A stretch of 63,682 bases of DNA from a virus (taxonomy: Duplodnaviria > Caudoviricetes). The position numbers and the translations under genes were made by a program. Positions 1-8,489 of this stretch are shown here, in pieces. The notes beneath the pieces are model-generated. The model searched no databases and was not told the DNA's origin. It saw only the letters and a list, made by a program, of their open reading frames with translations. Location: the IMG/VR virus record IMGVR_UViG_3300020121_000104, positions 1-63,682 of that record. One strand, 5' to 3'. Each line of letters starts with the position of its first letter. The stretch's first letter is position 1.

Positions 1-11
1 GCCCCGTTGGA
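1..11. repeat. 11-bp terminal direct repeat (gccccgttgga), identical to 63672-63682; circular closure
   Basis: First and last 11 nt identical; a minus-strand ORF continues in frame across the join. Confidence 0.85.
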
Positions 12-166
12 CCGAAATTCTTCTGAGTCGGGTCACATCGCTCGAACATTGCGCCACAGCCAATTCTCAAGGCCCGCCATAATGTTTGCCCACACCACGC
101 ACAGGAATGACGGCGCAGCCAACGCTCGCTGCGCCCGGTTAACTCCTTGGCTTGTTTTGGTGTCAT
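1..166 (-). CDS. 71-aa Cys-containing protein spanning the circular junction (continues 63671-63622)
   Basis: ATG overlaps nusG-like stop (ATGA); MTPKQAKELTGRSERWLRRHSCAWCG...PPCNPSK* when the ends are joined. Confidence 0.6.
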   Translation of the reverse strand, partial: MTPKQAKELTGRSERWLRRHSCAWCGQTLWRALRIGCGAMFERCDPTQKNFGPTG

Positions 167-654
167 GCGTTGACCATCTCCAAACTATCCACCGAAATCG
201 TCAGCTTGTGGACGAAATCGATCAGAAGACTGACGCGCTTTTTCACTTTGGCGCTGCGCACCTTGGCGATCAAACCCGCATAGGGGCCGCCTACGATCCT
301 TACGGTGTCGCCCTCGTGAAATACGGCGTCGGCCCGATCGAAAACGCCACAGCCTTCCGCCCGTTGAAACGCATCGATGAGCACCGCGGGAATCCGAGAT
401 ACCTTGCCGCGACCACACCGCAGGACAGTCTCGACGCCATCGATCTCCAGCAACCGATCAATGCGGCCCGCATCGCATTCAGCGAAAACGTAGCGCTCGA
501 ATAGCGGCCGGATGATCACATATCGATCGCCGTTTCTTTGGGCGACCCGTGTGCGCACCCACGGGCAGAATACGGGGATTCTCGCAGCTTTGATCCCCAG
601 CTCGGCGCGACCTTCCGCCTGGGGTTTGGTGTAGACGCCGAGCCAATAATTCAT
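163..654 (-). CDS. NusG/RfaH-family transcription antiterminator (NGN + KOW)
   Basis: WLGVYTKPQAE, PLFERYVF, GDTVRIVGGPYAGLIAKV KOW motif; last large early gene before the late arm. Confidence 0.9.
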   Translation of the reverse strand: MNYWLGVYTKPQAEGRAELGIKAARIPVFCPWVRTRVAQRNGDRYVIIRPLFERYVFAECDAGRIDRLLEIDGVETVLRCGRGKVSRIPAVLIDAFQRAEGCGVFDRADAVFHEGDTVRIVGGPYAGLIAKVRSAKVKKRVSLLIDFVHKLTISVDSLEMVNA

Positions 655-657
655 GGG

Positions 658-1644
658 TCAAATCCCGCGTGCGAGTTCCGCTTCGTCGGCTTCCGTCATC
701 AGGGAACTAGCAGGGGGGCCGGTGGATTCTCGCTTCGGAAGCGCAGGAGGCCACTCGCTTGGCGCATACCATGGCTTGCCCGTCGCGAAGCAGTTTCGCA
801 TGTAGGCCGTGGGCTCGCCCATGGCCTCTCGATATTCGAGCCATCGGAAAGCTTGGGGGGTGCCGCCCTTGGTGGAAAAGGCTGCAGCGGGCGATGCACT
901 TGCCAGTCTTTCCCAGCGTTTCTCGCGCAAATACGTCGTCAGGTCTCCGAGCTTCCATCCGCGGGATCGAATATCCGCGATGTAGGCCGGCGCCCGATCG
1001 ATGGCCGCCCATTGCTCGACTTCGGGCAGACGCAGGAACTTGCGTTCCGCCGCTGTGGCGCTGAGGATGTGATCGGGAGGCCAGTTGAGCTTGAGGACTG
1101 AGAATTTAGGCTTGCCTTGATCGGGAAAGATCGCCCCCTGGCTTGCTTCCTCGGCAGCCTGTGGCGGTTCAGTTGGCTTGGACGCTTGGGGGGTAGGGGG
1201 GATATTTATTATACTATCATTATTTATTACCGCGTGCCTATTTTCAGCATCTTGATAATCGGCATCTGGTTCAAGCTCTTTTTCATTCACTTGCTGATTT
1301 TCGGCATGTTGTTGCGGAGTCACAGGTGTTGCAATGTCGGTCGCATCGTAGATCATGAACTGGACGCGGACCACGGTGCCATCTTCCGCGCGGATGACTT
1401 CCCGCTTGCAATAGCCGGTTTCGCACAGCGTCTTGGTGATCCGGTAGAACGAATGCCGACCGATATTGAGGATGCGTTGGCAGGCTGTGGGGATGACTTC
1501 CCAATCATTCGGGCGGCTCAACAGCCAGCACAGGAAGCCTTTCTCGTCGAGCGATAGGCGCGCGTCATTGAGCACCGCGTTCGGAAGCACGGTGAAGTTG
1601 TGCGTATGGACGCGCCGGAAGATGGTTTGGGGGCGGGATGTCAT
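658..1644 (-). CDS. Phage replication initiator (N-terminal winged HTH)
   Basis: NFTVLPNAVLNDARLSLDEKGFLCWLLSRPNDW typical initiator N-terminus; internal iterons. Confidence 0.75.
   Translation of the reverse strand: MTSRPQTIFRRVHTHNFTVLPNAVLNDARLSLDEKGFLCWLLSRPNDWEVIPTACQRILNIGRHSFYRITKTLCETGYCKREVIRAEDGTVVRVQFMIYDATDIATPVTPQQHAENQQVNEKELEPDADYQDAENRHAVINNDSIINIPPTPQASKPTEPPQAAEEASQGAIFPDQGKPKFSVLKLNWPPDHILSATAAERKFLRLPEVEQWAAIDRAPAYIADIRSRGWKLGDLTTYLREKRWERLASASPAAAFSTKGGTPQAFRWLEYREAMGEPTAYMRNCFATGKPWYAPSEWPPALPKRESTGPPASSLMTEADEAELARGI
1201..1311. promoter_or_regulatory. Putative replication origin within the initiator gene
   Basis: Three imperfect ~17-bp repeats (1238-1254, 1253-1269, 1295-1311) beside an AT-rich tract (1201-1230), as in lambda O. 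Confidence 0.5.
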
Positions 1645-2051
1645 CTGTAGGATGCCGCCAGTCTCGGAAAATTGGAATGCAAGAGGCCGCGTTCACGGGC
1701 CTTCGAATATACACATAGCCAATCGCGGTATGGCTCCGGCATTTCACGAGGGAAGGTAAAGGACGGATTCCTTTTCTCAAGGCCAAGCCGAAGCCTAAAT
1801 TCGCCGATCGTCAGACGCCCCTTACGTATATTGCAACGCTGGCATGATGGCACCAAATTGCTGGGGCAATCCGTTCCGCCGCGATATTTCGGGATCGAGT
1901 GTTCTGTGACCGGCTTTTGCTGGTATCCAATGATAAGCCAATCCTTGGATGGGGTCTCGCAATGCCGGCGGCTAATTAACCGCCCACAATAGAAGCACCT
2001 GCCAAAGGTGGCCTCGCAAAGATCATCGGTCGTAAGATTCGGGTATGCCAT
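1641..2051 (-). CDS. HNH endonuclease
   Basis: CFYCG...EHSIPKYRGG...NLVPSCQRCNIRKG. Confidence 0.85.
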   Translation of the reverse strand: MAYPNLTTDDLCEATFGRCFYCGRLISRRHCETPSKDWLIIGYQQKPVTEHSIPKYRGGTDCPSNLVPSCQRCNIRKGRLTIGEFRLRLGLEKRNPSFTFPREMPEPYRDWLCVYSKARERGLLHSNFPRLAASYR

Positions 2052-2205
2052 ATCTACACTTTCCCCACTGGTCGAGTCAGCACTTCTCTCGCCTTATTCC
2101 AATCCATGATCGGCGGCTTTCGTCTTTGCGAGTATGCCCGCGCATCGGCGTCATACTGCGCATAGAGTTCATTGATTCGGCAGAGGGGGCAGAGGCAGGG
2201 GAGAG

Positions 2206-2484
2206 TCATGACCGCCGATCCAATGCCGACCTGCCCGGCAATGGGTCTCCGAACGCAGCAGCCGTAATGTCACGCGGACCGGCGGCCATCGCGAAACGGG
2301 CCTCCTCGATGACGTGATCCGGAGGCGCTCGCGAATAGGATGGGGCCAATGCTCCGGATGCGCGCAGGGCAGCGTTGGCCTCTTTGTCTGCAAGACGCTG
2401 GGCACGCTCTTTGCGGCGGGCCATGGCTTCCGGGCTGCGGGTGAGGCCAATGGCGCAGCGGGTGCCACAAGAGAGATTTGTCAT
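2206..2484 (-). CDS. Hypothetical protein
   Basis: ATGA-coupled to neighbours; GDPLPGRSALD end. Confidence 0.6.
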   Translation of the reverse strand: MTNLSCGTRCAIGLTRSPEAMARRKERAQRLADKEANAALRASGALAPSYSRAPPDHVIEEARFAMAAGPRDITAAAFGDPLPGRSALDRRS

Positions 2485-3284
2485 GATGGAAGTCCGTTGT
2501 GTTCGATGCCGTCGAGAAGGCGGCCGGCGGCACGCTTGCCGACGCGAACCATCGCTGTTCGATTGGCGGCTGGATCGTCAGGCCTGTGCTCGCCCCATTG
2601 CTTAAAATGGAAGGGAACGCCGGCCGCCGCGCACTGATCGCGCAAGTTGCGTACCCACTCGATCCTCATCGGGCGAGCGTGGTGGCCGGATTCGCCGCCG
2701 CAGATCACCCAATCGATGCGCGCCCCAGGACCATTGAACCACCACAAATGAATAGGCCCCAACAGCGGCTCCAGGCTCACGAACCGCACGGCCGCTGGCA
2801 CACTCAGAAGGATCGGGATGTTGCGGTCAGCGACCTCTTGGTTCTCGCACGTGGTGCCGAGCCAGACGTGAGACCAGCCATCGCCCCATTTGAAGGGCAG
2901 CATCTTCGCAATGTTCTGTGGCCGCTTAGTCAGGATCAGCCAATCCAGATGGCGTGTCTTGTCGATGACGTGCCACGCATCGGCGCGCCATTCCGCAGGA
3001 ACCTGATTGTCAAAGAAATCGGCGAGGCTATTTGTGAAGATGCGGGGCCGATGGTTGTCCCATGCCGGCCTCGCACCGGGGCGAGCGCGGTCATTCCATT
3101 TATATGGCTGCAGCCAGTTCTCCCGTGTCGTTCGGCGGCGCTCACCCGTCCAGAGTTCTGGATTCCCAGCGCGTTTCGCCCAGGACTCGGCGTAGCAGTA
3201 GTCACACGCTGGCGAAACCTTGGTGCAGCCCACCCAAAAATTCATGGTATGGTCCGTCCATTCGATCTTGGAGTTCTCGCCCAT
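2481..3284 (-). CDS. Phage Gp37/Gp68 (DUF5131) radical-SAM-like protein
   Basis: SKIEWTDHT, Cx6Cx2C (CTKVSPACDYCYA), SLEPLLG, WVICGGESG, FHFKQWG. Confidence 0.92.
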   Translation of the reverse strand: MGENSKIEWTDHTMNFWVGCTKVSPACDYCYAESWAKRAGNPELWTGERRRTTRENWLQPYKWNDRARPGARPAWDNHRPRIFTNSLADFFDNQVPAEWRADAWHVIDKTRHLDWLILTKRPQNIAKMLPFKWGDGWSHVWLGTTCENQEVADRNIPILLSVPAAVRFVSLEPLLGPIHLWWFNGPGARIDWVICGGESGHHARPMRIEWVRNLRDQCAAAGVPFHFKQWGEHRPDDPAANRTAMVRVGKRAAGRLLDGIEHNGLPS

Positions 3285-3287
3285 GAG

Positions 3288-4472
3288 CTATTCCGCCGCC
3301 TCCATCTTCGGAGCGTCTAGCCCCCACGAATCCCAATTCGGACGCACTCGGCGCGCGTTCAATTCGATCTTCGGCAGATGCGGGAAATACGTTTCGATCA
3401 TTGCGTAAAAGCAGGACGGCTTGACCGAATGCTCTCCGATCACGGCCTCCAGCATGGAGCCCCATTGATCGCCTGGAGCGGGCGCCGGGATGTTGCCCTT
3501 GATGCCGAGCAGCAGCAATTCATGGCTGTTGCGGAACCAATAGCCGGTGCCGATGGCGGGCTTGGTGGTAGCAACGCCATTGTCATTGGCGTCGCGACGC
3601 TTTGACCACACCACATGGGATCGATAGTCGAAGCCCCACGCCGCCATCACACAAAGCGCTTGTGGCAGCATCGGCACCGTCGCCCAAAGGAACAGGGCGC
3701 AATCCTTGGCAGCAATGTCCGGCACGGGGCGCGCGGCGATGACATCGGTGACCGAGGTAGGGTAATGGTTGTCCGGCGAGCGATCGAGGCCGGTTTCGCG
3801 CGACCAGGGTTCGAATCTCCATTCTGGGTCGGCCAAGATCACCCCGTATTTCTTGTCGGGGAGTTTGAGATTTGCGGCGGCCTGCATTTCGCCGAGATGG
3901 GCCTCGCGGGCGGCGCGGCGGGTCGCTTTGACGGCCGTTGCGATGTCGCGACGCTCCATGTCCGGGCGGATCGTGCCGTCTGTGATTCGGTGCTGGAACG
4001 TAGCATCATCAAGCTTTGTCAACTCATAAAGCGTTCCCCAAGAGGGGGGCAAATGTTGCACCGTGTTCCGGTTTTGCAGGCGCTCATCCGCGGCTATTTT
4101 CATCAACCGCGCAGCAGTTGATGGTCCGAACGGCAAGCCTTCATTGATCATCGGTGTAAATTCGCCGTGTTCCAATGCCTCCTTTGCAGCGTTCAATAAA
4201 CGCCCGGTCTCAAAGATCGCCTCAACGCTCTGCTGCCATGACATCGAGATGGCTGCAGCATAATCAGCCGCGGTTTTCAGGAATGCTGGCGCTCTCATAC
4301 GCGCTAGCGGCTGGACAGCAGAGAACGATGTGTTGATTGCATCTTCCAGTTTTAGCTTTTTGAGCAGCCGCAGCGCGGCATCCTTCCCGATGCCGAGTTC
4401 GGCACCGATCTGGCGGCAGCCCCAGCCCTTCTCGTCGCGGAGCCGGCGGACGGCGGGGAGATGGTCGGTCAT
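3288..4472 (-). CDS. MT-A70 family adenine methyltransferase with N-terminal HTH/helical region
   Basis: ILADPEW, LFLWAT, WGFDY, GTGYWFRNSHE, HSVKP, IELNAR, WDSWG; start set at the ATGA overlap. Confidence 0.9.
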   Translation of the reverse strand: MTDHLPAVRRLRDEKGWGCRQIGAELGIGKDAALRLLKKLKLEDAINTSFSAVQPLARMRAPAFLKTAADYAAAISMSWQQSVEAIFETGRLLNAAKEALEHGEFTPMINEGLPFGPSTAARLMKIAADERLQNRNTVQHLPPSWGTLYELTKLDDATFQHRITDGTIRPDMERRDIATAVKATRRAAREAHLGEMQAAANLKLPDKKYGVILADPEWRFEPWSRETGLDRSPDNHYPTSVTDVIAARPVPDIAAKDCALFLWATVPMLPQALCVMAAWGFDYRSHVVWSKRRDANDNGVATTKPAIGTGYWFRNSHELLLLGIKGNIPAPAPGDQWGSMLEAVIGEHSVKPSCFYAMIETYFPHLPKIELNARRVRPNWDSWGLDAPKMEAAE

Positions 4473-4918
4473 GGATCGCACCCCTTGCCAATATCGCCCG
4501 CATGTTGCTGCGACACAAATTCCCTCCACGGACGCCAGCCCTTCTCGCAGTGGAATCCCCATTCTCGAATGATCGGGCCGGTGATAAAAAGCGACCAACA
4601 CGCCTGATCAATCTCAATGCGATGAGCCGTGCGCGCTCCACGAAAGCGCAGATCGCCAGCGATATACTTCGTTGCCGTGCGCACGCCGCCGGCTAGAATC
4701 ATGTGCTCGACGTATTCGCCGGCCAGCAAATAGGAAACATTGAGCCAGGGGTGATCATGAAGTGCTCTGTCATCGTCCGATCGCAGGAACTTGTGCAAAT
4801 AGATATTGAAAAACCTGTTGCGTGGGATCAGCCACCATCGTTTCAGGTAAGGATGATCAATGCCGCCGATGATAAAATCGGGCGGCCGATCGGCTTCGAT
4901 GCGCTTGAACCACTTCAC
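4469..4918 (-). CDS. Cupin-like conserved phage protein
   Basis: YLHKFLRSDDDRALHDHPW...HRIE...WSLFITGP...WGF; GTG start overlaps upstream stop. Confidence 0.7.
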   Translation of the reverse strand: MKWFKRIEADRPPDFIIGGIDHPYLKRWWLIPRNRFFNIYLHKFLRSDDDRALHDHPWLNVSYLLAGEYVEHMILAGGVRTATKYIAGDLRFRGARTAHRIEIDQACWSLFITGPIIREWGFHCEKGWRPWREFVSQQHAGDIGKGCDP

Positions 4919-5190
4919 GCCGCCCGCTCCGAATGCGCCCGCCGATAGGAGTCCCGCGCACCAAACATGCAATGTGCGGCCATCACACTCTCGATGCAGA
5001 CGGTTTTGCGGCCGTCTTTCCCAACCGTTTCGAGACCATTCGCCTCGTAAAGCATGCCAATGGCCTCGGACATGAGGTCCGCGAGTTTTGCGGAATCGCT
5101 CCCGGCGAGATTCACGCGCGCAAGAAATTCATCGCGACGCTCTATCGCGGCGGGAATAGCCTCAAGTCTTTGCCGACCGCTGCGACTCAC
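4915..5190 (-). CDS. Hypothetical protein, repeat-flanked insert
   Basis: Ends RRAHSERAA, the same as the upstream gene. Confidence 0.65.
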   Translation of the reverse strand: MSRSGRQRLEAIPAAIERRDEFLARVNLAGSDSAKLADLMSEAIGMLYEANGLETVGKDGRKTVCIESVMAAHCMFGARDSYRRAHSERAA

Positions 5191-5218
5191 GCCGCCCGCT
5201 CCGAATGCGCCCGCCGAT
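4915..5218. repeat. 32-bp perfect direct repeat pair (4915-4946 / 5187-5218)
   Basis: tcacgccgcccgctccgaatgcgcccgccgat twice. Confidence 0.95.
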
Positions 5219-5363
5219 CATCCTCGATGATCGCCCGCAGCAGCGAGCGGATTAGGGCGGAACGGCTCGGATAGCCCCCCTCGTCGGCCATATTGTCCAA
5301 ATAGGCAGCATCGTCAGGCGCAAGCCACGTCGAGCTTTTTATGAGTGCGCGCGGTGCTTTCAT
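5187..5363 (-). CDS. Ribbon-helix-helix protein (58 aa; not in ORF track)
   Basis: MKAPRALIKSSTWLAPDDAAYLDNMADEGGYPSRSALIRSLLRAIIEDDRRAHSERAA. Confidence 0.65.
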   Translation of the reverse strand: MKAPRALIKSSTWLAPDDAAYLDNMADEGGYPSRSALIRSLLRAIIEDDRRAHSERAA

Positions 5364-5375
5364 GATGTCTCCCCA

Positions 5376-5564
5376 TCAGAAACAGCGTCTTCGGTGCTGG
5401 GCCACGTATTCCTTGTAAAAGGCGCGCCGATATTGCTCGGTCTCCCTGCGGTGTGCGCGGTAGAGGGCGGTGACGGCATGGCGGCGCCGGTCGCGCGTGC
5501 CATTCGACCATTCCGTCAGGGCGGCAAAGAAACGGGTGATGGCGGCGAGGATGGCGGTCATCAC
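5376..5564 (-). CDS. Hypothetical protein
   Basis: GTGA-coupled ORF in the early operon. Confidence 0.5.
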   Translation of the reverse strand: MMTAILAAITRFFAALTEWSNGTRDRRRHAVTALYRAHRRETEQYRRAFYKEYVAQHRRRCF

Positions 5565-5920
5565 AGTGCCTCCATTCGCTTGCGGATTTGCTCGATCTCG
5601 CGCTCGTAGCGCTCTTTCTGGATTCCCTTTTGCAGAGAGGCCCACCACTCGGGACGGGCGTCGCCCATCAGCGCCTCAAGGACGCGAAGCCCCTCTTTGC
5701 TCCGCAGCAGCGTGACGATGGCGTCGCCCGATAGCGAAGTCTTGCGGGACAAAAAATATTCGCAGGCACGGAGCCTCAAACCGGAAATATCGCTGAGATG
5801 CCAAGCGGTTTTGCTAGGAAAGATTTCTCGGACGGCTTTTGCGAGCCGCCCCCAATGGTCGAAGGACGGTTGGTTGCCGCAACGCTTTGCGGCACCCTGA
5901 TTTGCAAAAGCGAGGCTCAT
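5561..5920 (-). CDS. Putative regulator at the cII position
   Basis: HTH-like KTAWHLSDISGLRLRACEYFLS; downstream of cro. Confidence 0.55.
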   Translation of the reverse strand: MSLAFANQGAAKRCGNQPSFDHWGRLAKAVREIFPSKTAWHLSDISGLRLRACEYFLSRKTSLSGDAIVTLLRSKEGLRVLEALMGDARPEWWASLQKGIQKERYEREIEQIRKRMEAL

Positions 5921-6236
5921 GATTCACGCTCCCCCACCGCTGGCTGGCAGCGATCTGGTTGCGAGTGCGCCTGCCGACTGCGGAGTGTCCCGGCCGGGAC
6001 CGGAATTTTGAGAGAGTCAACCCCTCCAAATAGGGGGAATGAGTGGGTGGATGCTGTTGCTACTAAAGAGTGTTGACAGTTTGTCGCATGTCCGTCACAA
6101 TTTTCCGGCGGCCGATAAGAAACACGCAGAAACGGCCGCACGACATGCCCCGATATCAACGGGGAACATCCATGACGTTGACCAGCATCACGACCGGCGT
6201 GGCCGGTTATGCCATTCTCCGCATTTACAAAATCGA

Positions 6237-6428
6237 TCAAGCTACCTTCTCCCCATCGGACGCTTCCAGGGCCTCCAACGACACGCGCCCCTGCGTGTGG
6301 CGGAAGATTGGGACGCGCCATTTGTGCGGCACCCTGCCGCGCGACTTCCACTGGGCAAAGTTCCCAGAACTGACGCCGAGGGCGCCCGCCGCTTCCTTGA
6401 TCAATTGCCAGTCCAACGAATCTGTCAT
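6237..6428 (-). CDS. cro: Cro-like repressor
   Basis: Small HTH (AAGALGVSSGNFAQWKSRGRVP) divergent from cI-like gene. Confidence 0.75.
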   Translation of the reverse strand: MTDSLDWQLIKEAAGALGVSSGNFAQWKSRGRVPHKWRVPIFRHTQGRVSLEALEASDGEKVA

Positions 6429-6435
6429 GGTTCCC

Positions 6436-6515
6436 ATGAATATTGACGATTTGTCAAGCGCGCAAGAACAATTTGTCAAGCGACCGGCGAAGTCCACAGT
6501 CTTACAATTTGTCAT
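6436..6515. promoter_or_regulatory. Operators (6443-6457, 6465-6479, 6501-6515) and leftward promoter TTGCGC-17-TATTCA
   Basis: ttgacgatttgtcaa palindrome plus two variants; a further copy at 6073-6087. Confidence 0.8.
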
Positions 6516-6834
6516 GTTCTCGGATGATGACAATAGCTCGGAACGGGCCTTCGATGAGCGGGCGGCGGCGATGATCGTCCGTTATCAGAAGGCCAAGGAC
6601 TTGACGCACAACGAGATGGCAACGTTTCTGGGCGGCGATATAGACGCAAACAATTACATTTCCTACGTGCGCCGCAAGAAATTTCCGGCTTATCTTATTT
6701 GGCGGTTTTGCAAATTCACCGGGCTTGCACTCGATGGAGTGCCCGCGGAAGGAAAGACGCCGGCCAATCGAACAGAAAAACGGCGCAAGCTCATTGCGCT
6801 CACGCCCCTGCGAACAGGCGGTGAACGAAAATAA
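6514..6834 (+). CDS. cI-like repressor (HTH only, no peptidase domain)
   Basis: DLTHNEMATFLG...NNYISYVRR XRE-like; flanked by operators on both sides. Confidence 0.7.
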   Translation: MFSDDDNSSERAFDERAAAMIVRYQKAKDLTHNEMATFLGGDIDANNYISYVRRKKFPAYLIWRFCKFTGLALDGVPAEGKTPANRTEKRRKLIALTPLRTGGERK

Positions 6835-6843
6835 TTGCCAAGA

Positions 6844-6886
6844 CTGACAAATCGTCATTGACTGCTTGACGAATTGTCAATATGGT
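6844..6886 (+). promoter_or_regulatory. Operators (6844-6858, 6866-6880) and rightward promoter TTGACT-17-TATGGT
   Basis: ttgacgaattgtcaa lies in the -35/-10 spacer, mirroring the leftward promoter. Confidence 0.8.
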
Positions 6887-6915
6887 CCTCCCCAGATCAA
6901 AGGGGAGTTGACTAA

Positions 6916-7119
6916 ATGACCGACCGCATCGCGTTCAAGTCTGCCGGGGCCAAATCCAAAGCCCGCCAGCTTTACGATCTCTTCGAATTTGGCGTGAGTT
7001 TTGAAGACGCCATTGATGGCTTGGGACTTGCCGAACGCGCCAAAGAATTCCGCGACAGTTGGGACCGGTGGACGTGCGACAGAACACATCAGCGCCTTGA
7101 AGCGGCGCTCAGGCGCTGA
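6916..7119 (+). CDS. Hypothetical protein
   Basis: RBS ggggag; first gene after the promoter. Confidence 0.65.
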   Translation: MTDRIAFKSAGAKSKARQLYDLFEFGVSFEDAIDGLGLAERAKEFRDSWDRWTCDRTHQRLEAALRR

Positions 7120-7124
7120 TCCCC

Positions 7125-7310
7125 GTGCCCAAGATCACCCCCGGCGAAGCCGAGCCCACCGAGGCCATGCGCTACGCCGCCATGGTCGATCAAGACGAGG
7201 CTTTTATGAAAGCCATGCGCATCGCCCATCCCAACATTCATGAGGGCGTTCACACCGCGCCCTGCACCGACAATCCCCAACCCATAGCGCCCGTCGTGAC
7301 GGTGCGGTAA
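7125..7310 (+). CDS. Hypothetical protein
   Basis: Operon position. Confidence 0.5.
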   Translation: MPKITPGEAEPTEAMRYAAMVDQDEAFMKAMRIAHPNIHEGVHTAPCTDNPQPIAPVVTVR

Positions 7311-7566
7311 TGCCAGGGGTTCGATTGGCCCAAAGGTGATTGAGATGACCAAACGCTGCCCGATGTGTGATCTGGAGATGGAACACGAGCCGGACGATCC
7401 AAGTGTCGGAATTGTCGGCGGTTGGTACTGCAATCATTGTGATTATTTAGCCGAGCATGACTTTGATGAATTTGACCACTCAGACGATTGGGAGTGGCGA
7501 TGACCCATCCAATCCGTCGTGACGGTGCGGTCATGCCAGGGGTTTGATTGGCCCAAAGGTGATTGA
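7291..7566. repeat. 53-bp direct repeat pair (7291-7343 / 7514-7566, 2 mismatches)
   Basis: ccgtcgtgacggtgcggt(a/c)atgccaggggtt(c/t)gattggcccaaaggtgattga. Confidence 0.95.
7345..7503 (+). CDS. 52-aa Zn-ribbon protein, repeat-flanked (not in ORF track)
   Basis: MTKRCPMCDLEME...WYCNHCDY, acidic tail. Confidence 0.7.
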   Translation: MTKRCPMCDLEMEHEPDDPSVGIVGGWYCNHCDYLAEHDFDEFDHSDDWEWR

Positions 7567-7754
7567 TGCCCCATCCCACTCCCCTCTCCTTCGATATCTG
7601 GCGGATCGACCTCGCGCTTTGTGTCGGTGAATTCCGGCGAGGGGGATTGTCGGAAGCGGGTTTTCGACATCACCTGGCCCGGCTCGGCTACCTACCCGAT
7701 GAGATCGAGGCAGAGGTTGCACACCATCGGACCGAGAAAGCGGAGGCCGCATGA
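7563..7754 (+). CDS. Hypothetical protein
   Basis: Ends EAA with ATGA coupling. Confidence 0.6.
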   Translation: MMPHPTPLSFDIWRIDLALCVGEFRRGGLSEAGFRHHLARLGYLPDEIEAEVAHHRTEKAEAA

Positions 7755-8302
7755 AATTTGTTGAGGTAACATGCCCACAATGCGGCGACCTTGTTGAAAA
7801 GTCCGCCAGCGCCGTCAACCGCGCATGCCGGATAGGAGCCCCTATCTATTGCACCCGTGAATGTGCTGGCATTGCAAAGCGAACCCACAAGACGCGAGCG
7901 CAGAGGAAAGAGGAAAAACGGCTGTACGATATAGCATATCGACGAAGACATCTCGCACTTCTGAAAGCAAAAAAGGCTGAACGCCATCGACATACATATG
8001 ATCCCGTAAAGGCAGCGCGCGAGCGCAAGAAACGAATGTCACGCCATGTCGAATACTGCAGGCAACCACAATACAAGCGCTGGAAATCGCAGTATGACCG
8101 TAAATATCGCGCGCTCAAATCGTTCGGTCCATTTGCGGAAGCGTTCCTCGTTCTCACCGAGTTGGATAAACAGATTAACGCAAGGATCACCGATTATGAA
8201 ACCCGTAAGGAAAATGGCACACTCAACAAAATCAAGTCACGCCGTCGCCAAGACCACGCGGACACAGGCCGTCACCGTTATAAGGTCGCTGACGGCCAAT
8301 AG
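7751..8302 (+). CDS. Basic Zn-finger protein
   Basis: CPQC...YCTREC, K/R-rich. Confidence 0.7.
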   Translation: MKFVEVTCPQCGDLVEKSASAVNRACRIGAPIYCTRECAGIAKRTHKTRAQRKEEKRLYDIAYRRRHLALLKAKKAERHRHTYDPVKAARERKKRMSRHVEYCRQPQYKRWKSQYDRKYRALKSFGPFAEAFLVLTELDKQINARITDYETRKENGTLNKIKSRRRQDHADTGRHRYKVADGQ

Positions 8303-8489
8303 CCTTAAGGATGTTCTATGGGAAACGCTAAATGACATCAAAACCGAGCAAATGCTGCCGAGTCGCGGCGATGCTATCGCCGGCCAGGCCCGCGAAATAT
8401 TGCGCACCGTCAAGACGCAGATGCAGATCGCCAGCCAGAGCAGGCGCCAGATTCCAACGGAAATCATCGAATTCTCGGAAAAGCGATGA
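8214..8489 (+). CDS. Hypothetical protein
   Basis: LKDVLWETL...AIAGQAREIL; start uncertain. Confidence 0.55.
   Translation: MAHSTKSSHAVAKTTRTQAVTVIRSLTANSLKDVLWETLNDIKTEQMLPSRGDAIAGQAREILRTVKTQMQIASQSRRQIPTEIIEFSEKR

Noticed and set aside
3288-4601. ORF-track start at 4601 for the methyltransferase
   Set aside because: Overlaps the upstream gene by about 130 nt; the ATGA-coupled start at 4472 fits better
5921-6236. ORF 5917-6351 or an ncRNA between cro and the cII-position gene
   Set aside because: The ORF overlaps cro and looks non-protein-like; only short hairpins and one operator are supportable
7310-7332. ggggttcgatt resembles a tRNA T-loop or att core
   Set aside because: No flanking T-stem or acceptor; the second copy mutates the motif; far from int
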